From the NCBI RefSeq assembly GCF_018350175.1, contig NC_058372.1, positions 52,514,001 to 52,578,000 on the forward strand: a stretch of DNA of 64,000 nucleotides. Direction: 5' to 3'. The notes beneath the pieces are model-generated. The model made no database searches. It worked only from the letters and a program-made list of their open reading frames with translations, and was not told where the DNA came from. Made by a program: the position numbers and the translations under genes. Below, in pieces: positions 37,495-51,458 of the stretch (position 1 is the first letter of the stretch; the number at the start of each line of letters is the position of its first letter). The stretch comes from Felis catus (Eukaryota).

Positions 37495-38090
37495 TATTTG
37501 TTTATTCAAATAAGTAATTATCAAGCATCTACTTCTACTCTAGGCATCAGTGTACAAAAGACAAAAATACTTGTCCCGTGGAGCTTGTATTCCAGTGGGG
37601 GAAGAGAGATAATAAATAACGAAAATGTATATTGTATTAAAAGGTAATGAGTATTCTGGAGATGAGCACCCCAAGAGGGAAAACAGAATAAGTGAGATTG
37701 CGAATGGGCAGAAAGAGTTGCAATGTGAACAGGGTGGTCCCAGTAAGGACCATTTTACCAGATTTAAGGAAGTGGAGGAATGAGCCTCTCTCAGCAAGCA
37801 TCTGAAAACAGGGATACCAAACAGACCAGCCAGTGCTGTGGGAAAAACTGGGCCTGTTCAAAAAGCAGTGAGGGCAGAGCATGTATGGGGGACAGCAAGA
37901 TGAGCTGCAGTTAAGCATTTAACTGGATGTGGGGCAGCCCTGCCTAGGTCTCCTAGGGCCCAGAGGGATACTAAGGACTTGATTTAGACTCCCAGTAAAA
38001 TGGACAGGTTCTGGAGGATTTTGAGCAGAAGTATGAATGATCTGGCTCGCTTATTACAACTTCCACTCTTGCTGCTGGTTGAGACTAGTC
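37495..38090 (-). mobile_element. LINE-2 fossil
   Basis: ttattcaaataagtaattatcaagcatctac (reverse L2 end) and ggaggattttgagcag. Confidence 0.65.
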
Positions 38091-39322
38091 TGAGTCTTTC
38101 CAGGTAATTACTCCCGAGAACCATAAATCTAATTCAACACTGGATTTTTTCTTTTCCTCACTACAGTCTTCATTAACACATTTCCTTGTATATTCAAGGT
38201 GAATTTATCTTTTATACGGTAAGAAATCTGCAGTTAATTGGACCTCTTTGGATGAGTAAGAAAATCCAGGAAAGAAGAATACTAAATAAATTTGATGAAT
38301 CAAAATAATTTGTAACACTGCTGTTACCATGTTAAAGGAGCTTTATTTCACAACCGGCATTAAATCATATCATGTTTGGATTCGTCTTGTGCTTCTTTTT
38401 GGAATAATTCTTCATAGCAATTTGCCCAGTGCCTTCTAGCAAGGACTGTTTTATTTAATTTAATTTAAATAACTAAAACTCCATACAGCAAAATCATTTA
38501 AAGGTCAAAATATACATTCAACGTAGAAGAGTAGTCTAGCGTGTGATAGCTCAGAGTAAGGATTGTCACATTTGTCACCTTGCCTTAACCATTGGCAAAT
38601 GAGCTAAAAGATTTATTATCAATTTCCTGAAGGGACTGATTCTCGGCAAACTCCTTTCTTTAGCTTTTTAATTACACTCCTTTACTCTGCCATTCCAACT
38701 TTCAGAATAACTCCAGATCTCCTAAATATCTGTCGAAAAAGACAGGTGCTTTTCTGCAACACACATTCTGTAACATGAGGAGTAAATATCTAAGCAGAGT
38801 GCCAGAACATTGACATCGTTTTTGTGTCAACTTACCACCAAAAATTGCCAAAGTTTTTAAGAAAGTCTTATTTGAGGATCTCGTTTTACAAAAGTTTATC
38901 AGTTATTTTGAGGTTTATTAAGGCGATCTCTTGAGTGAATAAAAAATTCATGACAAAAAAATTTTTTACAATGTAATTTAGATTTTTTAAACTCCTATCT
39001 CAAAAGTCCTCAGTCAGTGAAATATTGTAGTTCATTGATTCTAAGATGTAATTTTTTACACATTTTAATATTTATAAAATCTTTGGAATGAGTCTTAAGC
39101 TCAAAGACAAGAAAATATTTATTAAATTAAAACAACGATTTAATTTCCAATAAGTTATTTCAGTTGTAATAAGATAATGGTATCTCCTATAATCGGTGAA
39201 ATATGGTAAAAATGTTTGATTATCCTTTTTATCATATCACAAATAGAATATTTACATCTACCTGTTAATCATCTACCTATACAAATAATGAAAACTAATA
39301 ATATCTTCACAGCCAGGAAAAC

Positions 39323-39553
39323 TTTTTTTTTTTTTTTTAATTTTTTTTTTCAACGTTTATTTATTTTTGGGACAGAGAGAGACAGAGCATGAACGGGGGA
39401 GGGGCAGAGAGAGAGGGAGACACAGAATCGGAAACAGGCTCCAGGCTCTGAGCCATCAGCCCAGAGCCCCACGCGGGGCTCGAACTCACGGACCGCGAGA
39501 TCGTGACCTGGCTGAAGTCGGACGCTTAACCGACTGCGCCACCCAGGCGCCCC
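39323..39553 (-). mobile_element. Very young SINEC_Fc-type SINE
   Basis: CpGs intact (cacgcggggctcgaactcacggaccgcgagatcgtgacc). Perfect TSD aggaaaacttttttt. Confidence 0.96.
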
Positions 39554-40564
39554 AGGAAAACTTTTTTTTTAAACAATTCCTGTAAAAATATCAGATGTCT
39601 CCATGAATGGGTATCCAGCTTTACTTAATTCCAATGCCAAGATCCTAGGTATACTTCCTCATTATCTTAAAGTTATTTGCATTTAATTTTCAGAACACGA
39701 TATATCTTAGCTTCCCTATCAAATTAAGTATTTTACTGGCAAGTGATGGGATCTGCTATTACAATCCTTGAGGAGCCCCATAACGGATTCTGATGTATAC
39801 ATTCCTGAATTCAACTCATCTGGGCATCAATGCCTTTTCAGACTGGTTGGTACAGAGTTGGTAATTTTTCTCCAAAAGGACTCCTGTATTTAACCACCAC
39901 TCCAAAATGCTTGGTGCATGGTCTGCAAAACTAGAGGCACTTAAAAGACGTCATCTCGTTTCCCTCCACCTTTGAATATCATGCAATTATGCAATTGCAT
40001 ATCTTGTAATTTTTATGATTTTTAATGTACATATATGTGTCTTTTCTTATATAATGTCTGTCTTTCATGGATTAATTCAGAGAGGAAGAACTTGTAGTCT
40101 AGATTTCTTTTCACCATGTGTAAATAGTCCCATAATGAATATTTTATAGAGCTGATGGAAATATGATGCAATATGAGTAGTCAAGGTGAAAAGACAAATC
40201 CTGTCATTTTCTCAAGCAAATTTTGCCTTAGGAAGATTTCTAGCATTTATGTTAACTTAATGTAATTCAGATGAAAAACTCCACATGATAAACTACTCCT
40301 TCAGTAAGAGTGTTGTCTTTTATCTGCCTTTTGTTGTTTGTTGTTGTTGTCGTTGTTGTTGCTGAAGAGCCTGTACTTGGGGAGAGGAGAGCATTTGGGT
40401 TTTAAAATAAAGTTTCTGTCCCCGTTCCAGATTCTTTAATAGATATTAGGTTTTGAAACTATTTATTTGAAAAGGCCAAAGAAGGCAGTATAAAGACTAT
40501 TTTTCAACTCATTTTGTCCAATAGATATATCCTGGGGGATGAGATTATGTTTTGCCAATTACAA

Positions 40565-40785
40565 TTTTTTTAATGTTTATTTTTTAGAGAGAGAGAGAGA
40601 GAGAGAGAGAGACACAGAGTGGAGTGGGGGAGGAGGAGAGAAAGAGAGGGAGACACAGAATTGAAAGCAGCTCCAGGCTCTCAACTGTGAGCACAGAACC
40701 CAACGCAGGGCTCGAGCTCAAGAAACAGGAGATCATTACCTGAGCCAAAGTGGACCGCATAACTGACTGAGTCACCCAGGCTCCC
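40565..40785 (-). mobile_element. CAN-SINE
   Basis: TSD tgttttgccaatta. Confidence 0.92.
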
Positions 40786-42451
40786 TGTTTTGCCAATTAT
40801 ATATGTTTATGAGCTTACAGAAAATTGTAGTACACTATAGTTTCATATGTATGATTCAAGAAAGTAGTGAAAAAAAGTATTTTCTTAAAAAAATTCGACT
40901 TATTTTTTAAAAGCAAACCTCTACTGTGTACACACTTATTTTAAGTGCCATGTAATACAAAATTTGATGTTATATTAGGTCACAAAGGCAAATGTAATAC
41001 ATTCCATGTGCAGAAATGATACCAACTGCATTCTCTTGCATTTTGCAATGTAACCAGAAATCAATAGCAAAAATGAAAACAAAAAAATTCCATTTCAAAA
41101 AATACTTTTAAACAATTGTTTGAACAAAATAATAGAAAACTGCAGTATATCAAGAAAAGAAGGGTAATGAAACACTGTACATCAAAACATTTAAACCTGG
41201 AAAAGAATTTCTATCATATAATTTTTTGCCATATTTAACTCATATAGGTAATGTGTACTAATTGTATGATTTTTTAATATTAAGATATCCTTTAATTCAG
41301 CATTTGTGCAGAATATCACGACTAATTTTCTGAATGAAATAACTTCCATGAGTAGATAACTCCTACAACTTAAATGTAGCAAAATATATATTTAAAAATG
41401 AAAAAAATGACACCTAGGTACAAATATAAATTCCTTATATTTACATGGCATTTCTAGATAAACTTTAATTGAACTAAAGGAACATATTCTGCTGGCTCAA
41501 AAAATTTGTAGGATTTTTTTAAGTATAAATTTTAATAGATACTAATAAATTTTTGCCATTACATTAAAAAGCTGATTCCTTTAAGGTTACTTAAAATATG
41601 AGCTTATTAAAAATAGTTATGGATTTAAGCAGAGTATCACATTGTGGACAAATAAGCTCAAGATAAATGTCATTTATTCAGAAGATTTTCATGCATGTTT
41701 GACGGTGACCTATTCACAAAAGGGTAAGAAGTAATTTTAGGTGATCAATATTAAGTAGGAAGATTAATATCCTTGGTTCCACTGAGAATATCTTCTTTCT
41801 GTGAACATTTTAAAAGTCAAATTGTTGTTCATTATCTAGACTTTTATTCCAAGCTACAACAGCAAGAATCAAATACATAGAAATGTTATGAATAGATATG
41901 GTTATAATGGATTCTCAGTCATTAAATAAATTAATAATTTTTTTTTCAATTAGCTCTTGCTAGAGAAGCTCAAAGTATTTTATAAGTTCTAATTAGTCTG
42001 CTTAGAAATATTAAGAAAGAGTACAGTACTTCCCATCCTGTAGGAAAATTGGCTGGAAAGGTCAAGAGCCTTATACAAAATAACTTGGTAAGAGACAGTG
42101 ACCAAATAGCCACAAAAGCACATTCTGCTTCAAGAATATTGCGAATAAGTCCACCAAGTAGTTCATACTGCTCACCATCACCCGTGGAAATAAAATTAGT
42201 AATGAAAGATGATTCATCCAGGAAATCCTAAACTTAGCCTCTGTCTTTCATCACAAAAGGAAAATAATTCACAAGATTTCTCTTCTTTTACGGTCTCTTT
42301 TGGGATGCTTGAACATACCAAGTTTGTTTTCGGCTATATACCGGCATTTGGAGGGCTTTTTGTTTTATGTCAGTCTTTCATTAGATGAGGCAGCTCCACA
42401 TATTATTGTGGGATATCATTCAGACCAATTCCATTTCTTGATTCTTTCTAG

Positions 42452-42702
42452 GAGGCGCTATAGAACATTTCAGTGGAAATGCTGGCAGCAAGTGACTAGA
42501 AAGTGCCATGAAGATGAGTTTTGCATCAGTACCTTAAGCAAGCAGGATCTCACTTGCTCAGGGAGTGATGACTGCAAAGCAGCTTACATTGGGATCTTGG
42601 GGACAGTCCTTCAAGCGCAGTGCACCTGTAGGACCATCACACAAGGTGAAGAATCTTTGTGCAAGATTTTCCAACATATGCTTCATAGAAGATCATGTTT
42701 CA
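42452..42702 (+). CDS. GFRAL: GFRAL exon 6 (D3)
   Basis: ttctttctag| acceptor. Encodes (R)RRYRTFQWKCWQQVTRKCHEDEFCISTLSKQDLTCSGSDDCKAAYIGILGTVLQAQCTCRTITQGEESLCKIFQHMLHRRSCF. TTCA|gtaagt donor; 251 nt, phase 2-1. Confidence 0.96.
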
Positions 42703-42733
42703 GTAAGTTCTATATATTCAGCAAATTATACAT

Positions 42734-42734
<1 letters not shown>

Positions 42735-42770
<36 letters not shown>
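42735..42770 (+). repeat. poly(T) run (about 36 nt) just downstream of the exon 6 donor
   Basis: Seen directly. Confidence 0.95.
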
Positions 42771-42771
<1 letters not shown>

Positions 42772-43004
42772 GTCTATGCAGCACAAAGTACTAGTCCAGC
42801 ATAGGAAATTTAACAAAGGCAGCCTTATGTTTGCTTTTCTATCTTAAAATATATTTTTTGATTGTTTTGTGTGCTTGCTGTTTTATTCATTTACATGTGA
42901 GTGGTATATGTTTTTTAATGTATATGATTGGTCACTCCTAGTTTTCATTTACTGATTTTAATATCAATAGCATGAAAGGTTTCTCTTACCGCATTACTGA
43001 AAAT

Positions 43005-43450
43005 ATCAGGTATCTATTGTGAATAACAACCCCAAAATGTAGTGGCTTGAAATAACCATTTATTTGCTCACAGTTCTGCACAATGGGCTTAGTTGGGTGA
43101 TTCTCCTGATGGCCTTGCTTGGGGTCCACTCAAGTAGCTACTGTCATTGAGTGACTCAGCTGAGGGTGGATAGTCCAAGATGGTGTTTAGCAAGCGCTAC
43201 TGGCTGGGATATATGGTTCTTCTCTTTAGCAGTCGACCCTGGAATCTTACACGTTGATAGTAGCATACCTAGCAGCTAAGCCCCTATGTGCATATACTTA
43301 TCAATTGTCTGCTTCTGTCATATTTGCTAACGTCTCATTGGGCAGAGAAAGTCACATGGCCAGGCTCTGAGTCACTGTGAGAGGGAACTATACAAGGATG
43401 TGTATATTTAAGGTTGGATTCATCAGAGGATCATTAATTTAATAATCTAT
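43005..43450 (-). mobile_element. MLT1-type MaLR LTR
   Basis: accccaaaatgtagtggcttgaaataaccatttatttgctcacagttctg...tcattgggcagagaaagtcacatggcc. Confidence 0.7.
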
Positions 43451-45389
43451 TATATGACTGTCCCAACCTCCGTGAAATATTTACTCTTGGATTTAGTTTT
43501 TCTACTCTTGATCTTTAACATGTCTGCTGATTAACTGTAATAACAGGATGAAAACACATTTTCTAAAGGTATTATTTACTCAATTTTAGGAACAAGAAAA
43601 CGGAGATTTAGGAATTTAATTTATCCAGAGTATCAGAATGGGCAGGTGGTTGACAGGGATATATATATGAGTCTTATAAAAAAAATCCAAGAACATGATC
43701 ACATACTAAATCAAGGCTTCTCTATTATCCATCTTCTGGGTTAGTCCTTAAAATTGTTCATGTCTTGAAATATCCCCATAAGCCCCTCATTATAACCACC
43801 AAACCTACAAATACCATTCCCAGGAGAAAATAATAGATGTTTACTGTTTCACTGCAAGCCAAATCTTTATATTTATATATATGTATATTTGACAGATACA
43901 GATATGTATATATCTATACCTATAACTCTATGTAGATACACACATTTTTTTAATTTGTTCATTTTTTTTTCTTAGATACTAAAGAGATACACATTAGCTA
44001 ATATGATCAGAATTGTGATTTGATGTGTATTAGGTGATAGAGATACAACTCAGAGTATATGGTTTTCATTCCAACAGAGGTCTCTGTGGAATTTCTTCAA
44101 TTTCTATAATTAGGATGATGTACGTACTTCAATTGAAATCATGGTACAAAGTGGAAAATTGTAGCATTATATGTGTTGAGTCATATTCTGTAAATAATCT
44201 TCTCCTATTAATATTAGATGGCTAACTGTTGGAACTAAATGTACTTAACAACAAATGGCTCAAAACATTACAGAGGAAAATACCAAATACAGTAATTTAA
44301 ACCAACAGAAATATGTACAGCTACAATTACCATGGCACTTACCATGGATATTAAGGGACATCCAGAAAAATAATGCAAGATCCTACAGGTTAGGGATAGC
44401 TTAGTTCTTTGGGCATAATCTCCCTAAAAATGCCAGTGCTGACAATGTAATTTTAGTTTTGAGCCCAGTTTTCACCCATGTGTTTTTAATTATTGTTGTA
44501 TTTGACTTGCATCATGTTTAGGTGCTATAACCTGTCCACAACAAAACCATTTGTAGAGCAACAGCAGAAATGGACATTTAAAAAAATCCAGAAACATGGA
44601 AGTACTATATAATGTTTTGGAAAAATGAAAATTTGAAACTCTTTGACTTTCTTCACTCCCCTGATCAGACCAAACTTAGTAGATTTTCTTTTCAAACATT
44701 ACCTACTGAAGGTAGGAATTTCAAGTGATAGGTTTGTAGAGTTAAAGGAAATTTCAAGGCTTTCCATCACAGTTTGATGGAAACTTTCCATCAAAGTTTC
44801 AAACAAAAACAAGAACTGAGTCCTTAGTCCGGGCTAGCTCTAACAAACCTTTCTCCCTTGCCCCATATACTTGAGAAGGAGCACAACAACATTTTTTAAT
44901 GGACTGTTTCTCTAACCATTGCCTCCTGACTGCCCAGATAACTACAGCGGGCTTATGCGTTATCAAAATCATCCATCAGAGCAGCTCATGTCCAACGTTC
45001 TGGAGCCTCTGCTCACTCTACCTGAAAGCGGAACTGAGTACGACTGAGTGAGCACTTAGGGAAGATTTTGTCTGTCACCTTTGGTTAGCTCAGAAACATG
45101 ATTTTTCAAACTCATTTGACTTCTCACCACAGTAAGCAGTGCATGTTACATTAACTTTTTATGTGCAATGCCTTCTATTTAAAAAAACAACAACAACATA
45201 TTATTATTATTCTATTCCATTTTAATTTTTTTCAATTCTGACTGTGACCCACTAAAAATGATTTCATGACTAACTAATGTGTTGTTCTCTGAAGTTTAAA
45301 AAACATTTACTTGGAACATAAATTCATCTAGAAATAATCGGCATTTTGATGTATCCAAGGCACTCATAATAATTACAAATAATTATAGA

Positions 45390-45590
45390 GTGCCTAGCAT
45401 TTATTGAATGCTTATTTTTGGTCACATTTTCTCATTTAGTCTTAACAATTCAATGAGCCAGATACTATTATTTTCTTGGTTTCCCACGTGAGGAAAAAGA
45501 AGCTAAGAGATGAAATGGCTTGCTCAGGGCTCTATACCCAAGCTGGGTGAGGTAGACTCAGGATCCAAACCCTGGCTCAGAGCCAGTATG
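45390..45590 (-). mobile_element. MIR fossil
   Basis: gatactattattt...tgaggaaa...tgaaatggcttgctcagggc...ggatccaaacc core. Confidence 0.7.
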
Positions 45591-46191
45591 TTCTTCTACT
45601 TGTGAAATGGTGAAGACAGCAAGCTTGTGTCTGTTTAGTGTGCTCCAAAGCCCTCTCAGTTGGAACCTCCTAGTTCTGGTATGAGAACAAAGCTTCAAAA
45701 ACACGCTGCAGAGTGTGTTTCTGCATCCTCCATTCCTGCATGCAGGACCAGATGAGATGCTCAGGCAAATGAGCATCCTGAACAAATTGTCTATTTGGCC
45801 ACTAACTTCCTCTTACCTACTTACTCATCTTTAAATCCATACAGACTTACATTTCTCTCATATCTTGCAACACAGACCAAATTGGTGGCAACTAGAGCTG
45901 GGAGAGTGGTGGGAAACATGGAGCAGGGAGGAATTGGTTAAGACAGAGGCCTGCAGAAGTGGAAAGAGTTAAAGGAGCACTGTTGTGTTTCCTTGTTAAA
46001 CTGAAAGGTTCAGTCCATAGGTATGAGTGTACCTGGCGTGGACAGGAGCGTTCTCTTTTTGCCTTGCTCAAAGTTGGCTTATTTAATGCACCCACAGTCA
46101 TCTAAAAAGGATTTGGACAATCCCTATTCTGCCCCTAAAGACTAAGTTTTTTTTTTTCTTTTTGAATAATGATTTTTAAAAAATAAAAAGA

Positions 46192-46410
46192 GGGGCGCCT
46201 GGGTGGCTCAGTTGGTTGGGCGTCTGACTTCAGTCCAGGTCATGATCTCACGGTTCGTGGGTTTGAGCCCCACGTCGGACTCTGTGCTGACAGCTCAGAG
46301 CCTGGAGCCTGCTTTGAATTCTGTGTCTCCCTCTCTCTCTGCCCCTTCCCTACTCAATGCTCTGTCTTTCTCTGTCTCTCAAAAATAAATAAACATTGAA
46401 AAAAAATGTT
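46192..46410 (+). mobile_element. CAN-SINE
   Basis: ggggcgcctgggtggctcag head, CT tract and A tail. Confidence 0.93.
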
Positions 46411-47519
46411 TTTCACTAAAAAGAGACTACCTTTCTCTGTTAAATCCTACAGGGAATGGAAAGCATAGCAATACGGATATAATACGGATATAATACAAGC
46501 TTAAAGTCTACAGAAAAAATAAATTCCTCCCCCCAATCCCATTGTTTAGAGAGGATCAAGGTTAAGACATTTGGTGTACATTTTTTTGGAATCTTTTTTC
46601 TTGTAATACATACATAACTTGAATGCATTCTATACACTCAAACAGATGCCTCTCTTACACTGACACACACATACACATATTTTTAATGTAATCAAACCAC
46701 ACATGCTGGTTTACAACCTGCTTTTTAACTTAAATATATATGGTGGGCCCATTTGAAAGTGTGTGCATATATGATGACTTTATTCTTTTTAAAGTTTGAA
46801 TAGTATCCTATGGTGTATATGCACGCACGCATGCATGTGTGTATACCATAATTTATTTTATCTATAACTGTTAATGGAGACATTTAGATGGAATGTGATT
46901 GTTTATCACCATAGGCATTGATTGCTGTGATAAATGTTATTGCACATTTTAGTTGGCATTTCAACAGAATATATTTCAAACGGTGAGGTTACTGAACCAT
47001 AGGATTTTTATGTTTTTAAATTTGGTAGAAACTGGAAAAAGAAGTTTATTCCAATTACATTCTTAGAAAACTCTTAATTTTTAATTTGAATTTTTATTAT
47101 AAGTGATGCTGAGCATTTGTTCAGTGATTTGTTGGAAATGCTCTATTTCTTTCCATATGCATATTCTTTGCCCAAAACACCTGCCTTTTTTAGTACTGGC
47201 AAGTGGAAGTTTTGTTGCTTAAATCAGATGTTTGTATTAGTATGTGAGTATTCACTAATAGACATACCTCTTAAAATTATCATGAATTCATAGTCTTATA
47301 TGGCAAAGTGATGATCTGATATATTGTAGGCTCAGGTTCAGATCTTGGCCCTGCTATGTGTTATCTTGGTTATGTAAAGAAGGAAATTTTTTTAATCATT
47401 TCTTGAATAGTCAAGCGTTCTTCAAATGGATAATTTCCATTGCTATAAAAGACATTTTTTAAAACTGATTAATAGTTATCAAAGAAAAAGTATAATAAAA
47501 AAAACATATTCTTAAAAAT

Positions 47520-47690
47520 AGAGAACAAACTTATGGTTGCCAGTGAGGAGGTGGATGGTAAAATAGCTGATGGGGATTAAGAGTATACTTGTGATGATGA
47601 GCACTGAGTAATGTATAGAATTGTGAATCATTACATTGCACACCTGAAACTAACATAACACTGTATGTTATACCTGAATAAAAAATATAA
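47520..47690 (+). mobile_element. Carnivore L1 3' end fragment
   Basis: gatggggattaagag...gatgagcactgagtaatgtatagaattgtgaatca...cacctgaaactaacataacactgtatgtta. Confidence 0.8.
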
Positions 47691-47792
47691 TTTGGGAAAG
47701 AATTTTTAAAATACAAGTATGAAAAATAATTGAATCTACAATTCAATTTAATGTATAAAGCATTGCCATTATTTAAAAAAAAAATTAAGTTC

Positions 47793-48010
47793 TGGTCGCC
47801 TGGGTAGCTCATTCTGTTAAGCATCTGACTTCAGCTCGGGTCATGATCTCACAGCTCATGAGTTCCAGCCCTGGGTCAGGCTCTGTGCTGACAGCCTGGA
47901 GCCTGAAGTCGGCTTCAGATTCTGTGTCTCCCTGTCTCTCTGCTCCTACCCTGCTTGTACTCTCTCTCTCTCTCCTTCTCTTAAAAATAAATAATCATTA
48001 AATTTTTTTT
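47793..48010 (+). mobile_element. CAN-SINE
   Basis: ggtcgcctgggtagctca head, CT tract and A tail. Confidence 0.9.
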
Positions 48011-48567
48011 TAATTTAAAGTTTCACTTCATATCACATCCTTTCTCCCCCAACTCAGAGGTAACCACCCACATACTGATAAACACATGCCGGATACATAA
48101 CTTGTATACACACACATGTGTGATATTGCCCAGGACAGTGGTTCTCAATCTTGACCGAAGATGAGAATCACCAAGAGATTAAAAATTCTGAGGCCCAGTA
48201 AGCTAATAAAATTACATTTTATGGGTATACATGGGTATCAGTAGGGCTAGTCTCATGGGCATGTAGCCAGTGCAATCACACAAGGCTCTGTGTTCAGAAG
48301 GGTCTTGAGCTTGGGGCTTCATGTTCTGCATACATCATCTTGAAGTTGTTAATAATTGTATATTTGAATTTGTGTTTTGTAAATAAACTCTACTGGGACA
48401 TATGTGAGGTACAAGGAGCCTCAGCTCATGTGTATTCCTGCCTCCTGCTACTTTTCCTAGGACAGGTGGGTTCTTACCTGCCTGCCCCACCCCTTGGTGC
48501 CCTCCTCCACTCAGCACTCCTCTATTCCCCACTCTTCACTTGCCACCAGACATTTGCCTTTGCATTG

Positions 48568-48750
48568 TTTTAAAATTTTTTTAATGTTTATTTTTGAGAG
48601 AGAGAGAGATGGGGGTGGGGACAGGGGCAGAGAGAAAAGGGGACACAGAATCCCAAGAAGTCTCCAGGCTCTGAGCTGTCAGCACAGAGCCTGACCTGGG
48701 GCTTGAACTCACGAACGGGAGATCATGATCTGAGCCACCCAGTCTGCCCC
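48568..48750 (-). mobile_element. CAN-SINE with an internal deletion
   Basis: gagatcatgatctgagccaccc joins two normally separated segments. Confidence 0.85.
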
Positions 48751-48807
48751 TGCCTTTGTATTTTCTTAATGATATTGAGCTTTCCAATACATGTATATAG
48801 ATTTTCT

Positions 48808-49012
48808 TTCTTTTTTTAGTTTCTTAAAATTTATTTTGAGAGAGAGTGCAAAGGGGAGGGGCGGACAGAGAGAGGGAGAGAGAGAATCCCAAGCAGTTCC
48901 ACACCATCAGCACAGAGCCCCATTCAGGGCTCAATTTCATGAACCATGAGATCATGGCCTGAGCCGAAATCAAGAGTTGGTTGCTTCTCTGACTGAGCCA
49001 TCCAGGTGCTCC
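48808..49012 (-). mobile_element. CAN-SINE
   Basis: Full body. Confidence 0.9.
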
Positions 49013-51295
49013 TCTATGTAGATTCCTTCGATAAGCTTTTATTGTCTCAATAAAAATAACTTCTCAATAATAATTTCCTGGTATAACATTGGCTCTAATT
49101 ATTTCTAGATATTACTAAATATTACAATTGTTGCTGCAAATCACATCTTCCAAATCAAATCTATTACACTTTCAAACTCTGTCATCGAATTATAGAAATT
49201 TATGTGATTTTTCATGTATGCATTTGTATGCAGCAGCATTTTTGAACACTCACAAAATTTAACGGGTTTTGGAATTCTTTTGTGTTTCCTATGTAATCAT
49301 ATGCTCTTCAGTAATTATAGTTTTGTTTCCTCTGTCTAAGCCTCTTATATTTTTCTTGTCTTTCCCCACTCCACATCTAGGACCCACAGAAAAATGTTAA
49401 ATATAAATGGTGATGGTGGGTACACTTGTTCCTGACCTTAAAGGACCTTCTTTCACCATTTTAGCAGAAAGTATGTTTGTCATTATGTCTGTAGATACTA
49501 TGTATCAGAATAAAGAAGTTCCCTTCTATTCCTTGACTATAACTTCTTTTAAAAAAAAATGAACATTGAATTTTAGTAAGTGCTTTTTCTACCTACATTT
49601 GAAGTTTTTATTTAAAATGTGTTCAGGACTTTTTAATCATATTCTTGTAAAAGAGTGATTGGTTACAGTGCCAATTTTGTCATACTATTAGAAATAGAAG
49701 TACTCTATTCATTTCTAAATATACTAAAGGATCTCTATTTGAATGAAAAGGAAAGGAAAAAAAAAACTTACAAATTAATACCCTGTCTCTTCTCTGTCAC
49801 AGCCAAATTTCCAAAAAAAGAGTTGTCTGTGTTCATTACTTCAATTTCTTCATCTCTTTTTACATATTGATCTACCCAGTCCAGCCTGGTCTCTGGATAC
49901 AGATCCCTTCATAAAACATATCTTACAAGATGACAACCACATCCATGTCAGAGATTCTGGAAGTCTTTGTCTTACTGGAATCTTAAGCCATTTTCAATAA
50001 CAGTTTAATTCTTTCTTTCTTGATACACATTTTTTCTCTCTTGGTTCTTAATCGTTTGATCACTCTGGATGCCTCTTCTATATTTACCTTGTAAGCTCAT
50101 CCAACTGGCCACTTAATATTTATGTTGCTTAAAGATTAGCTGTAGTCTCTCTACCAGAGTAACCCTCTAATTTTCTCCCAGGAGATGTTCTTTGTGGCCA
50201 CATCATTACCCCTTGCACTTATTTACAGTCTTTGTGGCAAACCTCTTTTCTAAGTTTCAGATCCAATTATCTGCCCACCTACTTAATATTTTCTTTTGGA
50301 TTTTAAAATTATTCTAGATCTTGGGTGATGTGCAATCCAGATGTTGTGGTACCTTATAATGATAGGCAACCTATGACTAAAAAAGACTAGTTATTCCCTG
50401 TCATGCCTCCAACACAAGCACCAAACACTGCACACATACTGTATGTGTGTATGTGTGTGTATATACATATATAGTATACTTATATAGCATATATTGTAAC
50501 AGGGATAGCATATATTGTAATAAGCATAAAATAACCTCAGTAAAAGTTTCCATTCAAAATAAGGAAAAATGGTAGAGTATTAGAACACAGTAATGAGATC
50601 CTGCTTGATAGACACTGTGAACCCTCTCTTGCAGTGTGGATTTCTTTGGATACCTGGGAAGGAACCAGCTTCTCTGGCTCCCATTTTGCCCACTGGAAAG
50701 TTCTTCCTTATCCATCTTCCTCCATAGCCATATCTGAAGAAGATTTAGGGAAAAATGCCCTCCTTGAAGAATATGGAGCTCTCATAGACTGTATCCTGTT
50801 CATACAGTTTGAGGCGTATAAAGTTTAGCAGTCACAGACTTTTTACAAATGGACTAGTGGCTCCTTTAGCATAATCTCTTAAAAATGTGTTAGGTTTCTA
50901 ATCTTTTTTGCTTTTATTCAGTTACATGTGCCAGTATCCACAATAAAAAAAAAGTGTTTTCTTGACTTGGTTCCCAAGTCTGCCTTATTTCCTTGATTCC
51001 TCACCCCCATGTCCCGTCTCTCGTTTAATGATTTAAGCTATTCTAAACAATAGACCAGAGTAAAAATGTAATACCTTCAATCTGATTTTTGCTGCATAGT
51101 TGAGTCAATCTAACTCAAAAATACTGGGNNNNNNNNNNNNNNNNNNNNNNNNNNNNNNNNNNNNNNNNNNNNNNNNNNNNNNNNNNNNNNNNNNNNNNNN
51201 NNNNNNNNNNNNNNNNNNNNNNNNNNNNNNNNNNNNNNNNNNNNNNNNNNNNNNNNNNNNNNNNNNNNNNNNNNNNNNNNNNNNNNNNNNNNNNN

Positions 51296-51458
51296 CAAGG
51301 AGGGGAGAGGCAGAGAGAGAAAGAGAGAGAATTCCAAGCAGGCTCCACACTTTTAGCACAGAGCCATATGAGGGGCTTGAACCCATGAACCATGAGGTCA
51401 CGACCTGAGATGAAATCAAGAGTCCAATGCTTAATCAACTGAGCCACCCAGGAGCCCC
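51296..51458 (-). mobile_element. CAN-SINE (tail in gap)
   Basis: Body ending gagccacccaggagcccc. Confidence 0.9.

Noticed and set aside
42703-42794. Poly-Phe tail after exon 6 as an alternative transmembrane or GPI signal
   Set aside because: It derives from an unstable intronic poly(T) run downstream of a donor with a consensus gtaagt intron side. There is no evidence of read-through.
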